Positions 27,957 through 36,049 of a DNA stretch of 40,748 bases are shown here, in pieces. Location: IMG/VR virus record IMGVR_UViG_3300020440_000031, positions 1 through 40,748 of that record; one strand, written 5' to 3'. The stretch comes from a virus. Taxonomy: Duplodnaviria > Caudoviricetes. Position 1 is the first letter of the stretch, and the number at the start of each line of letters is the position of its first letter. The translations under genes were made by a program, and so were the position numbers. The notes below the pieces were generated by a model. That model made no database searches, was not told the DNA's origin, and saw only the letters and a list, made by a program, of their open reading frames with translations.

Positions 27957-28936
27957 ATCTAAATAAAATTACAAAACTAACAATTGAAGCATCGTCTTTT
28001 TGCAATTTGCATTGTCCTCAATGTCCAAGATTTGATTCCAAAGGTTTTTTAGATAAAAACCTAACCACAGGACATCTCGATTTTAATAATATAGAAAAAA
28101 ATTTACATTTAGAAAAGTTACCAAAACTAGAGGTTGTTACCTTTGAAGGAGACTATGGCGATCCAGCAATGAATCCTGATCTACTTAAATTTATAGATTT
28201 TTTCAAAGACTGCAAAAAAGTGAAACTGTATACAAATGGGAGTATAAGGGGCAAAACATGGTTTAAAAAGTTAGCCACTTACAAAAATGTAGAAACTACT
28301 TTTTCAATTGACGGATTAGAAGATACAAATCATATCTATAGAATTAATTCAAATTGGAACAAAACCATGGACAATGTAAAATCATTCATTGATGCAGGAG
28401 GAAATGCAGTTTGGAAAATGGTTGTATTCAAGCATAATCAGCATCAGATTGAAGAAGTACGTAAACTATCACAAGATTTAGGATTCCAAAACTTTGAGTA
28501 TGTGCTTTCTAATAGAAACTTTTATGGATCAAATATTTGGCCAGTACATGTTGAAGGCGAATACAAGTATGATTTAGAAATGACAACTGTATCAGATCTT
28601 AACATAAAAAAGAAAAGCCATACATTCGCCAATGATATTGATAATTTTACAAGTCCTACATGTAGCTGGATCGAAAAAGGTATAATGTACATAAATTATC
28701 TTGGTCGGCTTATGCCATGTTGTATGACATCGGGAACTACTTGGAAAAATACAATTTCTGACAGATTGTTCAGAAAAATTATTGGAAATATCGACGATAT
28801 TGATCTAAACATAAACGACATAGGCAAAATAGCACAATCAGATTTTTATCAATTTAGACTACATAACAGTTTTTCAAGTCAAAAAACTTGTCATAACCTT
28901 TGTCTATCAAATTGCACAAAAAAAGTAATTGGATAA
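27947..28936 (+). CDS. Radical SAM protein with SPASM/twitch-like C-terminus
   Basis: CNLHCPQC; GDYGDPAM; TNGS; FSIDGLEDTNHIYR; C-terminal C...G.LMPCC...CHNLCLSNC. Confidence 0.85.
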   Translation: MFLDLNKITKLTIEASSFCNLHCPQCPRFDSKGFLDKNLTTGHLDFNNIEKNLHLEKLPKLEVVTFEGDYGDPAMNPDLLKFIDFFKDCKKVKLYTNGSIRGKTWFKKLATYKNVETTFSIDGLEDTNHIYRINSNWNKTMDNVKSFIDAGGNAVWKMVVFKHNQHQIEEVRKLSQDLGFQNFEYVLSNRNFYGSNIWPVHVEGEYKYDLEMTTVSDLNIKKKSHTFANDIDNFTSPTCSWIEKGIMYINYLGRLMPCCMTSGTTWKNTISDRLFRKIIGNIDDIDLNINDIGKIAQSDFYQFRLHNSFSSQKTCHNLCLSNCTKKVIG

Positions 28937-28944
28937 ATATTTTT

Positions 28945-29166
28945 ATGAAACTATTTGAATTTTACAATCACGATCAAGCCGACGAAGATTACCAAGATCA
29001 AAAGGACGATAACAGTGTTCCTGAACTGGGTGAGCTACGCAAAACTAAACTTACACTCAAGCAAATTTCAAAATTGCGTAGAATGTATGATATGCGTAAC
29101 TATGAAAAAACAGAAGATCTCAAAAAGATTCAAGCACAATTTGCTCCACCTCCACCACAAATGTAG
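28945..29166 (+). CDS. Small head-region protein
   Basis: MKLFEF...RKTKLTLKQISKLRRM...QF; start revised from 28900 to ATG 28945, 5 nt after ATAAATA (28933-28939). Confidence 0.7.
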   Translation: MKLFEFYNHDQADEDYQDQKDDNSVPELGELRKTKLTLKQISKLRRMYDMRNYEKTEDLKKIQAQFAPPPPQM

Positions 29167-29276
29167 GTTAGCATAGAAAAAAATTCATTTTCTACCCATT
29201 TTACCCCTATAAACTACTAGTTTTTTAATTTCTTTGTAAGTACTATACTGAGCCCAATACTTAGAAGGAATATTTC

Positions 29277-30203
29277 ATGAACAAATTTGAGCAATTAATT
29301 GAATTCGTTATCAACGATGACGAAAAGAATGCAAAAGCACTTTTCCACGACATAGTTGTTGAGAAGTCAAGAGACATATATGAAGAGATTATGTCTGAAG
29401 AAGAAATTAAAGAAAAGCAAGGCTATAAGGACCGCGAAGATGAGCATTTAGGTGCTAAAGACGGTGCTGAAAAAGGCAAGAAACAATCCATGAAAGATCG
29501 TAGAGATGATGAAATGGGTAAGTTTGGAAAGCGTGATGCCGAGCATGATAACAAACAGAAAATTGATGATGACGTAAACGAGTCAGAAATTGGTGGATCT
29601 CAGGTTGACGATTTAATTGATGAAGTCGAAGCTGAAGAGCAAGGCGTTAGAATGGAAGACGAAGAAGAAGAGATCGAAATGATCGATATCGACGTTGACG
29701 ATGATGACGGCGAAGAAGAATTGGAAGATCGTGTAGTAGACATCGAAGATAAATTAGACGAACTAATGGGTGAATTCGAAGAGTTAATGGCACAGGTTGA
29801 CGATAACACAGACGACATCGAAGGCGAGCAAGATGAGATCTCAGACATTGATAGCGATACTGACATGGAGCAGGACGAGATCGATGACATGCAGGCAAAA
29901 ATGGACGAGCCAATTGATGTTGACGTAGAAGTAGAAGGTTTTAATGAGGCTGTAGATTTAGTTCCAGCACCAAAGCCGGTTACAACTTCACCAGCTAGTA
30001 AAAGTCCAGTAGCTGCCAACTCAGGTCAAAAAGGAATGGATGCACATCCAGTCGATTTTGATGATGGTAACAAAGGCGCACAAGGTCGACCAACACCAAA
30101 ATATGGTGACATGGACGGAACCACAAAGCCAGACGTAAAGCCAGCTCCAAAGCCTGAATTAGCACAAGCGTCTGGTGTTAACACCAAGAGTGTTATAGAC
30201 TAA
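29277..30203 (+). CDS. Highly acidic prohead core / scaffold-type protein
   Basis: D/E-rich, coiled-coil ELEDRVVDIEDKLDELMGEFEELM; between portal and prohead protease; AAGGA SD; GTAAGTA late-promoter variant at 29236-29242. Confidence 0.65.
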   Translation: MNKFEQLIEFVINDDEKNAKALFHDIVVEKSRDIYEEIMSEEEIKEKQGYKDREDEHLGAKDGAEKGKKQSMKDRRDDEMGKFGKRDAEHDNKQKIDDDVNESEIGGSQVDDLIDEVEAEEQGVRMEDEEEEIEMIDIDVDDDDGEEELEDRVVDIEDKLDELMGEFEELMAQVDDNTDDIEGEQDEISDIDSDTDMEQDEIDDMQAKMDEPIDVDVEVEGFNEAVDLVPAPKPVTTSPASKSPVAANSGQKGMDAHPVDFDDGNKGAQGRPTPKYGDMDGTTKPDVKPAPKPELAQASGVNTKSVID

Positions 30204-30223
30204 TCTAGCAAAGGACCGAGTAT

Positions 30224-30853
30224 ATGGGACAGCTATACCTAAGAGAAGACCTTACTTTTGAAGCCGCAAAGATCAACATTGTTGAAGGAAAAGACGGTAA
30301 GGATCTCTACATGGAAGGCATCTGCATACAAGGTGACGTGAAAAATGCCAACGAACGAGTATATCCAGTAAGTCAGATTTCAGAAGCAGTGGACACACTG
30401 AACGAGCAAATCAAATCTGGAAACAGCGTGTTAGGTGAAGTAGATCATCCAGATGACCTTAAGATTAATTTAGACCGTGTCTGCCACATGATAGAACGTA
30501 TGTGGATGGACGGTCCGAATGGTTACGGAAAACTTAAAATTCTCCCAACTCCAATGGGGCAACTTGTGAAAACTATGTTGCAATCTGGTGTGAGATTGGG
30601 CGTATCGAGTCGTGGATCAGGTAATGTTGATCCACATAACGGACGTGTCAGTGACTTTGAAATAGTCACTGTAGACGTGGTCGCACAACCCAGTGCTCCA
30701 AACGCATATCCAAAGGCGATTTATGAAGGACTGATGAACATGAAACATGGACATCATATTTTAGAAATGGCTCGTGAGTCTGGGAAAGACGGCAAAATAC
30801 AAAAGTACCTGAAAGACGAAGTTTCTCGTCTTATCAGAGACCTAAAAATTTAG
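30224..30853 (+). CDS. gp21: Prohead protease gp21
   Basis: NANERVYP; LGEVDHP; GVSSRGSG; DVVAQPSAPNAYP. Confidence 0.93.
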   Translation: MGQLYLREDLTFEAAKINIVEGKDGKDLYMEGICIQGDVKNANERVYPVSQISEAVDTLNEQIKSGNSVLGEVDHPDDLKINLDRVCHMIERMWMDGPNGYGKLKILPTPMGQLVKTMLQSGVRLGVSSRGSGNVDPHNGRVSDFEIVTVDVVAQPSAPNAYPKAIYEGLMNMKHGHHILEMARESGKDGKIQKYLKDEVSRLIRDLKI

Positions 30854-30862
30854 GAGAATCGC

Positions 30863-31951
30863 ATGTTAGATGCTATTAAACCACTATTAGATAGCGATCT
30901 CGTCAATGAGGATACTCGTACTGCTATTGCTGAACAATGGGAAGCAAAAATGGTAGAGGCCAAAGAGACAGTGCGTGCTGAACTTCGTGAGGAGTTTGCA
31001 CAACGCTATGAGCATGATAAAACTGTGATGGTAGACGCCCTAGATAAAATGGTTACAGAAGGCTTGGCCAATGAAATTCAATCTTTGCAAGAAGAGAAGA
31101 AAGCATTGGCTGAAGATCGTGTTAAGTTCCACAACAAAATGAAAGAAAATGCTGATAAGTTTAACGGCTTTTTGGTAAAACAACTTTCAGAAGAGTTAAA
31201 GGAACTTAGAGCAGATCGTAAGGTATCAAAAACAGGTTTTGAAAAATTAGAAAAATTTGTTGTTGGTGCTTTAGCTGAAGAAATCAAGGAATTTGCAAGT
31301 GACAAGAAAGACTTAGTGGAAACTAAAGTAAGACTTGTTTCACAAGCACGCAATAAACTTGATAATCTGAAGAGCAAGTTCATAAAAGAATCTGCTAAGA
31401 AGATATCTTCTACTGTTTCTACACATCTTAAAGGTGAAATGGGTCAACTTAAAGAAGACATAAAAATTGCTCGTGAGAACAATTTTGGTCGTCGTATCTT
31501 TGAAGCATATGCAACTGAGTTTGGTGCAACACATTTAAATGAAAATGAAGAAGTACGTAAACTTAATGCAATTGTTGCTAAAAAAGATAAGCAGTTGGCT
31601 GAAGCCATCAAATCTCAAGACAAGGCGAAAGCTCTTGTTGAGAGCAAAAATAACGAAATCAAAGTTATAAAAGAAGCCAATGAGCGTGATGCTACATTGG
31701 ACGAGCTTCTATCTCCTCTCAATGACGAGAAGAGAGAAATTATGACTAACTTACTTGAAAACGTTCAGACATCTCGATTGAAGAACGCTTTTGAAAAATA
31801 TTTGCCAGCAGTAATCAGCGAAACCAAAGCAACTAAAAAGGCCGCAAGTTTAACTGAAGCAACTGGTAATAAAACTGCAAAGGTTGTCGACAAAGCCACT
31901 AACGATGCTGAAAGCAACGTTATTGACCTAAAACGCCTAGCAGGGCTTTAA
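30863..31951 (+). CDS. gp22: Prohead core scaffold protein gp22-like
   Basis: Long coiled-coil E/K-rich protein between gp21 and gp23. Confidence 0.8.
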   Translation: MLDAIKPLLDSDLVNEDTRTAIAEQWEAKMVEAKETVRAELREEFAQRYEHDKTVMVDALDKMVTEGLANEIQSLQEEKKALAEDRVKFHNKMKENADKFNGFLVKQLSEELKELRADRKVSKTGFEKLEKFVVGALAEEIKEFASDKKDLVETKVRLVSQARNKLDNLKSKFIKESAKKISSTVSTHLKGEMGQLKEDIKIARENNFGRRIFEAYATEFGATHLNENEEVRKLNAIVAKKDKQLAEAIKSQDKAKALVESKNNEIKVIKEANERDATLDELLSPLNDEKREIMTNLLENVQTSRLKNAFEKYLPAVISETKATKKAASLTEATGNKTAKVVDKATNDAESNVIDLKRLAGL

Positions 31952-31970
31952 ACTAAAAAGGAGACATTTA

Positions 31971-33158
31971 ATGTCACAAGAACTACTAGAAAGCCGTTGG
32001 GGTGAGACCAAAGAAGCCCTCCTAGAAGGATTACAAGGTGCTCGTCGCTCAACAATGGGTGTTATCTTAGAAAACACCAAAAAACACTTAGCTGAGAACG
32101 CAACAGCGGGATCAACTTCATCAGGTAACATTGCTACTCTTAACAGAGTGATTTTACCTGTTATTCGACGTGTAATGCCAACTGTTATAGCCAACGAATT
32201 AGTTGGTGTTCAGCCAATGACTGGACCAGTCGGCCAAATCCACACACTTAGAGTACGTTATGCTGACGCAATGACTGACAACTCTGCCGCAGCTACATCA
32301 ACAGCAGCTGGTGAAGAAGCATTGTCACCATTCAAGATTGCAACTGCATACTCTAACAACACTGGAACAGCATCAGGTTACGGTGGAGCAAATACAGCAA
32401 CTTTAGAAGGTCAACCAGGTAATAGAATTAATGTACAGATCCTAAAGCAACCTGTAGAAGCAAAAACACGTAAGCTATCAGCACGTTGGACATTTGAAGC
32501 AGCTCAAGATGCACAAGCAATGCACGGCATTGACGTTGAAGCAGAAATCATGGCAGCATTAGCTCAAGAGATTACTGCTGAGATCGATCAAGAGATTCTT
32601 TTATCTCTACGTACATTAGCCGCAACTGAATTCACATACAACCAGGCTGCAGTATCAGGTACTGCAACTTTCGTAGGTGACGAGCATGCCGCTTTAGCAG
32701 TGTTAATAAACAGAACAGCTAACTTAATTGCACAACGTACAAGACGTGGTGCAGGTAACTATGCAGTTGTTTCACCAGCTTCATTAACAGTGTTACAATC
32801 AGCTACAACATCAGCATTTGCTAGAACAACAGAAGGTACTTTTGAAGCACCAACAAACACTAAGTTTGTAGGTACATTAAACGGTACAATGAGAGTATTT
32901 GTTGATTCATATGCAGCTGACACTCAAGCAGTATTAGTAGGATACAAAGGTGCATCTGAAACAGACGCTCCAGCTTTCTACTGCCCATACGTACCGCTAA
33001 TGAGTTCAGGAGTTGTACTAGATCCAGCATCATTTGAGCCAGTAGTAAGTTTTATGACTAGATATGGATATATCGAGTTATCAAACACTGCAAGTTCATT
33101 TGGTAATGCCGGTGACTATGTGGGTGAAATTGCAGTTAGCAACTTATCATTCTCATAA
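31971..33158 (+). CDS. gp23: Major capsid protein gp23
   Basis: IRRVMPTVIANELVGVQPMTGPVGQI; AKTRKLSARWTFEAAQD; EITAEIDQE; GYKG...FYCPYVPL; SFEPVVSFMTRYG. Confidence 0.96.
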   Translation: MSQELLESRWGETKEALLEGLQGARRSTMGVILENTKKHLAENATAGSTSSGNIATLNRVILPVIRRVMPTVIANELVGVQPMTGPVGQIHTLRVRYADAMTDNSAAATSTAAGEEALSPFKIATAYSNNTGTASGYGGANTATLEGQPGNRINVQILKQPVEAKTRKLSARWTFEAAQDAQAMHGIDVEAEIMAALAQEITAEIDQEILLSLRTLAATEFTYNQAAVSGTATFVGDEHAALAVLINRTANLIAQRTRRGAGNYAVVSPASLTVLQSATTSAFARTTEGTFEAPTNTKFVGTLNGTMRVFVDSYAADTQAVLVGYKGASETDAPAFYCPYVPLMSSGVVLDPASFEPVVSFMTRYGYIELSNTASSFGNAGDYVGEIAVSNLSFS

Positions 33159-33177
33159 TATAACGCTTAGCTTTATT

Positions 33178-33207
33178 AAAAATAGCACCTTCGGGTGCTA
33201 TTTTTTT
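33178..33207 (+). terminator. Intrinsic terminator after gp23 with cUUCGg tetraloop
   Basis: aaaaatagcacc-TTCG-ggtgctattttttt. Confidence 0.9.
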
Positions 33208-33210
33208 GAC

Positions 33211-33290
33211 ATAAATACCATTGCACAATAATGTGTTTATGCGGAAACCAACCGCGTACCCGCTAGAACGGGACTTTATAAGGAGAAAAC
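33211..33290 (+). promoter_or_regulatory. Late promoter and two-hairpin 5' leader
   Basis: ATAAATA 33211-33217; TATGCGG/CCGCGTA stem 33238-33258; CCCG/CGGG stem 33259-33272; AAGGAG SD. Confidence 0.6.
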
Positions 33291-33292
33291 AA

Positions 33293-33982
33293 ATGGGAAG
33301 ACCGTTAAAAATAAAAATATCCGATACACAAGATGCAGGATTTAATAACCCTGGTGATGATGTTGCAGGTAGAACACCAGCTGGAGAATTATTCTACGGA
33401 GTAGTTGGTGGAGACACTGCTACTAGTGATTATACATTTCCAGTGGTAAGCACAAGAATTAGACCAACAGGCGGTAGCATTACTGCTGAAGGCGATGGCT
33501 TTATTGTACGCCAAAAAGGAGCTTCGAAGTTCTTGGTATCAAGATTAGATGCAAGTGCAATTGACCCTGCAAACGCAGTGGTTGGTTCACAAATAAGAAT
33601 TGTAAGTGTCGGCGATACTGACTGGGTTGCAATGGGTGCTGGTGAAGGTACAATAGCAGTAGGTAAAATTTTTACTGTTACTGCGGCCGCTGGTGCTGGT
33701 ACTTCTGGTACTGCTGCTGAGTGCGGAATTTGCACACTAGCCGACGAAGCCGATGCCGCATTATCTACAGGAAGTATGACAGTAACTTATACTGATGTAG
33801 GATCAAGTGCAGTTCGTCTCAAACGTTTTAGCAACAAACATGGAATTTCATTTGCAAATAATCCAGTGTTGTTAAACTTCTTTAACATACTAGATGACAC
33901 AGTAAAGATTGGTGGATCAGGTTCATCTGCATCACCTGCAACACGTGATTTAGTACAAGTTGAGAATCCTTCATTAGGTTAA
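33293..33982 (+). CDS. Virion structural protein (possible head decoration)
   Basis: Starts MGRPLK at ATG 33293 with strong SD; FIVRQKGASKFLV motif; follows the major capsid gene. Confidence 0.6.
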   Translation: MGRPLKIKISDTQDAGFNNPGDDVAGRTPAGELFYGVVGGDTATSDYTFPVVSTRIRPTGGSITAEGDGFIVRQKGASKFLVSRLDASAIDPANAVVGSQIRIVSVGDTDWVAMGAGEGTIAVGKIFTVTAAAGAGTSGTAAECGICTLADEADAALSTGSMTVTYTDVGSSAVRLKRFSNKHGISFANNPVLLNFFNILDDTVKIGGSGSSASPATRDLVQVENPSLG

Positions 33983-34004
33983 TAGATAGTTTTTTTAACT
34001 AACC

Positions 34005-34041
34005 AAACCCTCATTGTATTAAGTACAGTGAGGGTTTTTTT
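34005..34041 (+). terminator. Terminator-like hairpin abutting the next ATG
   Basis: aaaccctcattgta-ttaag-tacagtgagggttt followed by a T run and ATG at 34042. Confidence 0.75.
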
Positions 34042-34632
34042 ATGAGTGCAGCTTTTATATTAGGCAATGGAAAAAGCAGACTTAGTGTTGATTTGACAAA
34101 GTTGTTGCCTCTTGGTGCAACATATGGATGTAATTGGCTTTGTAAAGATTTTACACCCGACTGCCTTGTAGCAACAGATCGACCAATAGCTGATGCTATT
34201 CAACAAAGTGGATATGCACAAAACAATAGGTTCCATACTAGAAAGCCAATTTTAGAACTAGGCGGAAAAAGTTTACATAATCAGTATAAAGGATTTAGTA
34301 GTGGACCAAACTGTGCGGCCCTTGCTTGCATTGATGGACACAGCGACATCTATCTTATAGGTATGGATCTCGGAACCACGAATGGTATGTTCAACAATGT
34401 CTATGTAGACAAGCAATTTTATAAAAAAGAACTTGACCCTCCTACATTTCCAGGAAATTGGGTTAACCAACTTGTAACGTTGATCACAGAAGATTTTAAA
34501 GATAGAAGATTTTATAGAGTTGAAGGCATAGAAAGTGCTTTTGTGAAACAGTTTAGTAAAATAGACAACCTTAGAATCTTATCAATGGAGAGCTTTATTG
34601 AAATGGTAAATACTGCTAGAGGTCCATTATGA
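34042..34632 (+). CDS. Nucleotide-binding protein of MptE/DUF115/sialyltransferase-like fold
   Basis: AFILGNGKSR...YGCN...FTPDCLVATD...SSGPNCAALA...IYLIGMD. Confidence 0.55.
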   Translation: MSAAFILGNGKSRLSVDLTKLLPLGATYGCNWLCKDFTPDCLVATDRPIADAIQQSGYAQNNRFHTRKPILELGGKSLHNQYKGFSSGPNCAALACIDGHSDIYLIGMDLGTTNGMFNNVYVDKQFYKKELDPPTFPGNWVNQLVTLITEDFKDRRFYRVEGIESAFVKQFSKIDNLRILSMESFIEMVNTARGPL

Positions 34633-35270
34633 ATACAAAGAAAAGAATTGACGGCGATTACTATATTGAAACTATCAATAATGGTGACAGGGTTATAATT
34701 CAAACCACTGCTATGGCAGTTACTGGTAACTTAGAAGTAAGTGGAAATTTAACCTATATCAATACCGAGCAACTTGATGTTAAAGATCCTTTTATATTGC
34801 TTAATGATAGTAATACTTCAACATATTCGTCAAATTCCGGTATTATAACACACAAAACTGCCACTTCCTATGCTGGGTTACGATTCAATAATACCGATGG
34901 TAGATGGGAAATCAGCACGTCAACGGATACTGCTGGTACATCAGGTACTTGGAACGAGATTGGAACTGCGGAGGCTGGCAATGTTGCTGGTGCAAATACT
35001 CAAGTACAGTTCAATGACGAAGGAAGTTTTGGTGCAAGTGCAAATTTTACTTTCACTGACACTAGCCAACTTAATGTTGCTGGTAACATCAATCTTACCG
35101 CAGGGTTACAATTAGCAGATAGTTCATCGCCTGGATCAGTTTCAAATACAACTGTGTTGTATGGAAATGTTGCAGGCAGTGGTGGAACAGGTGTTTACTT
35201 TGTGGACGGATCAACCGAAGATGAACTAGTAAGCAAAAGCAAAGCAATTGTTTTTGGAATTATATTTTAA
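34629..35270 (+). CDS. Virion structural / fibre-associated protein
   Basis: VTGNLEVSGNLT, LDVKDPFILLN, GANTQVQFND.GSFGAS repeats; ELVSKSKAIVFGIIF C-terminus; GTAAATA at 34606-34612. Confidence 0.65.
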   Translation: MNTKKRIDGDYYIETINNGDRVIIQTTAMAVTGNLEVSGNLTYINTEQLDVKDPFILLNDSNTSTYSSNSGIITHKTATSYAGLRFNNTDGRWEISTSTDTAGTSGTWNEIGTAEAGNVAGANTQVQFNDEGSFGASANFTFTDTSQLNVAGNINLTAGLQLADSSSPGSVSNTTVLYGNVAGSGGTGVYFVDGSTEDELVSKSKAIVFGIIF

Positions 35271-35279
35271 GGAACTAAA

Positions 35280-35594
35280 ATGGCAATACAAACCGCAAAC
35301 GTTAGTAACAGTGCAACAACAGTTTATACAAGCACAAACAATACTGCAATTACCTATCTTGCATTAACAAATGCAACAGCGGCGGCAGTGAATGTTGATA
35401 TACATATTGTCCCAAGTGGTGATAGTGTTGGTAACATAAACTTAGTTGCAAAAACTCTAGACATTGCTGCAACTGATTCTTATCAACTCTATTCAGGTGG
35501 AGAAAAACTTCTGCTTGAAAACGGAGATACTGTTCAAGTAACTGCAAATGTAGCAAGCGGAGTAAATTCTGTAACTTCATTCACAAGTATCTAA
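35280..35594 (+). CDS. Small beta-sandwich virion protein
   Basis: 104 aa; EKLLLENGDTV motif; AAGGA SD; within the structural operon. Confidence 0.6.
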   Translation: MAIQTANVSNSATTVYTSTNNTAITYLALTNATAAAVNVDIHIVPSGDSVGNINLVAKTLDIAATDSYQLYSGGEKLLLENGDTVQVTANVASGVNSVTSFTSI

Positions 35595-35595
35595 T

Positions 35596-36009
35596 ATGGC
35601 AACTGGAGTTTTTCTTAAAAACAGAGAGGTACCATCAGGTTCTACCAGTATCCGTATTCCTTTTGGTGCTACCAATGAACGTCCAACTGATCCTGTTTTT
35701 GGAGTTTTTAGATATAATACCAGCACAGGCAGTATGGAATACTTTGACGGAACTGTGTTTCAGCAAGTTGCAAAAAGCGGCGAAGCTGATATTACAGTGG
35801 ATAACTTTACAGGTGATAATAGCACACTTACATTTACACTAAGCACAAGTGTAAGTGCCGCTGACCAAACCATTGTATTCATTTCAAATATCTATCAACA
35901 ACCATCTACCTATAGCATTACCGGTGGCGGAAATGATATCACGTTCACAGGTGCACCTGAATCGGGCGAACCAATAAACGTAATTCACGGACTTGGCAAC
36001 ACACCTTAA
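35596..36009 (+). CDS. Small two-module fibre/baseplate-associated protein
   Basis: IPFGATNERP...FRYNTSTGSMEYFDG module plus FTGDNSTLTFTL...YQQP..Y...ITFTGAP module. Confidence 0.65.
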   Translation: MATGVFLKNREVPSGSTSIRIPFGATNERPTDPVFGVFRYNTSTGSMEYFDGTVFQQVAKSGEADITVDNFTGDNSTLTFTLSTSVSAADQTIVFISNIYQQPSTYSITGGGNDITFTGAPESGEPINVIHGLGNTP

Positions 36010-36016
36010 CAGTGCG

Positions 36017-36023
36017 ATAAATA
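36017..36023 (+). promoter_or_regulatory. Late promoter ATAAATA
   Basis: gcgATAAATActgc in the intergenic gap upstream of ATG 36050. Confidence 0.65.
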
Positions 36024-36049
36024 CTGCAAAGTTTAAGGATATAGTTTAA

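Noticed and set aside
29167-29276. AT-rich intergenic region with TAGAAAA/TTTTCTA inverted repeat as ncRNA or origin
   Set aside because: The stems are weak and AT-only. The region is adequately explained as promoter and leader of the head operon.
33206-33211. TTGACA -35 element after the gp23 terminator
   Set aside because: It is formed by the terminator T-run joining the late promoter, and no convincing -10 lies at 16-18 nt.
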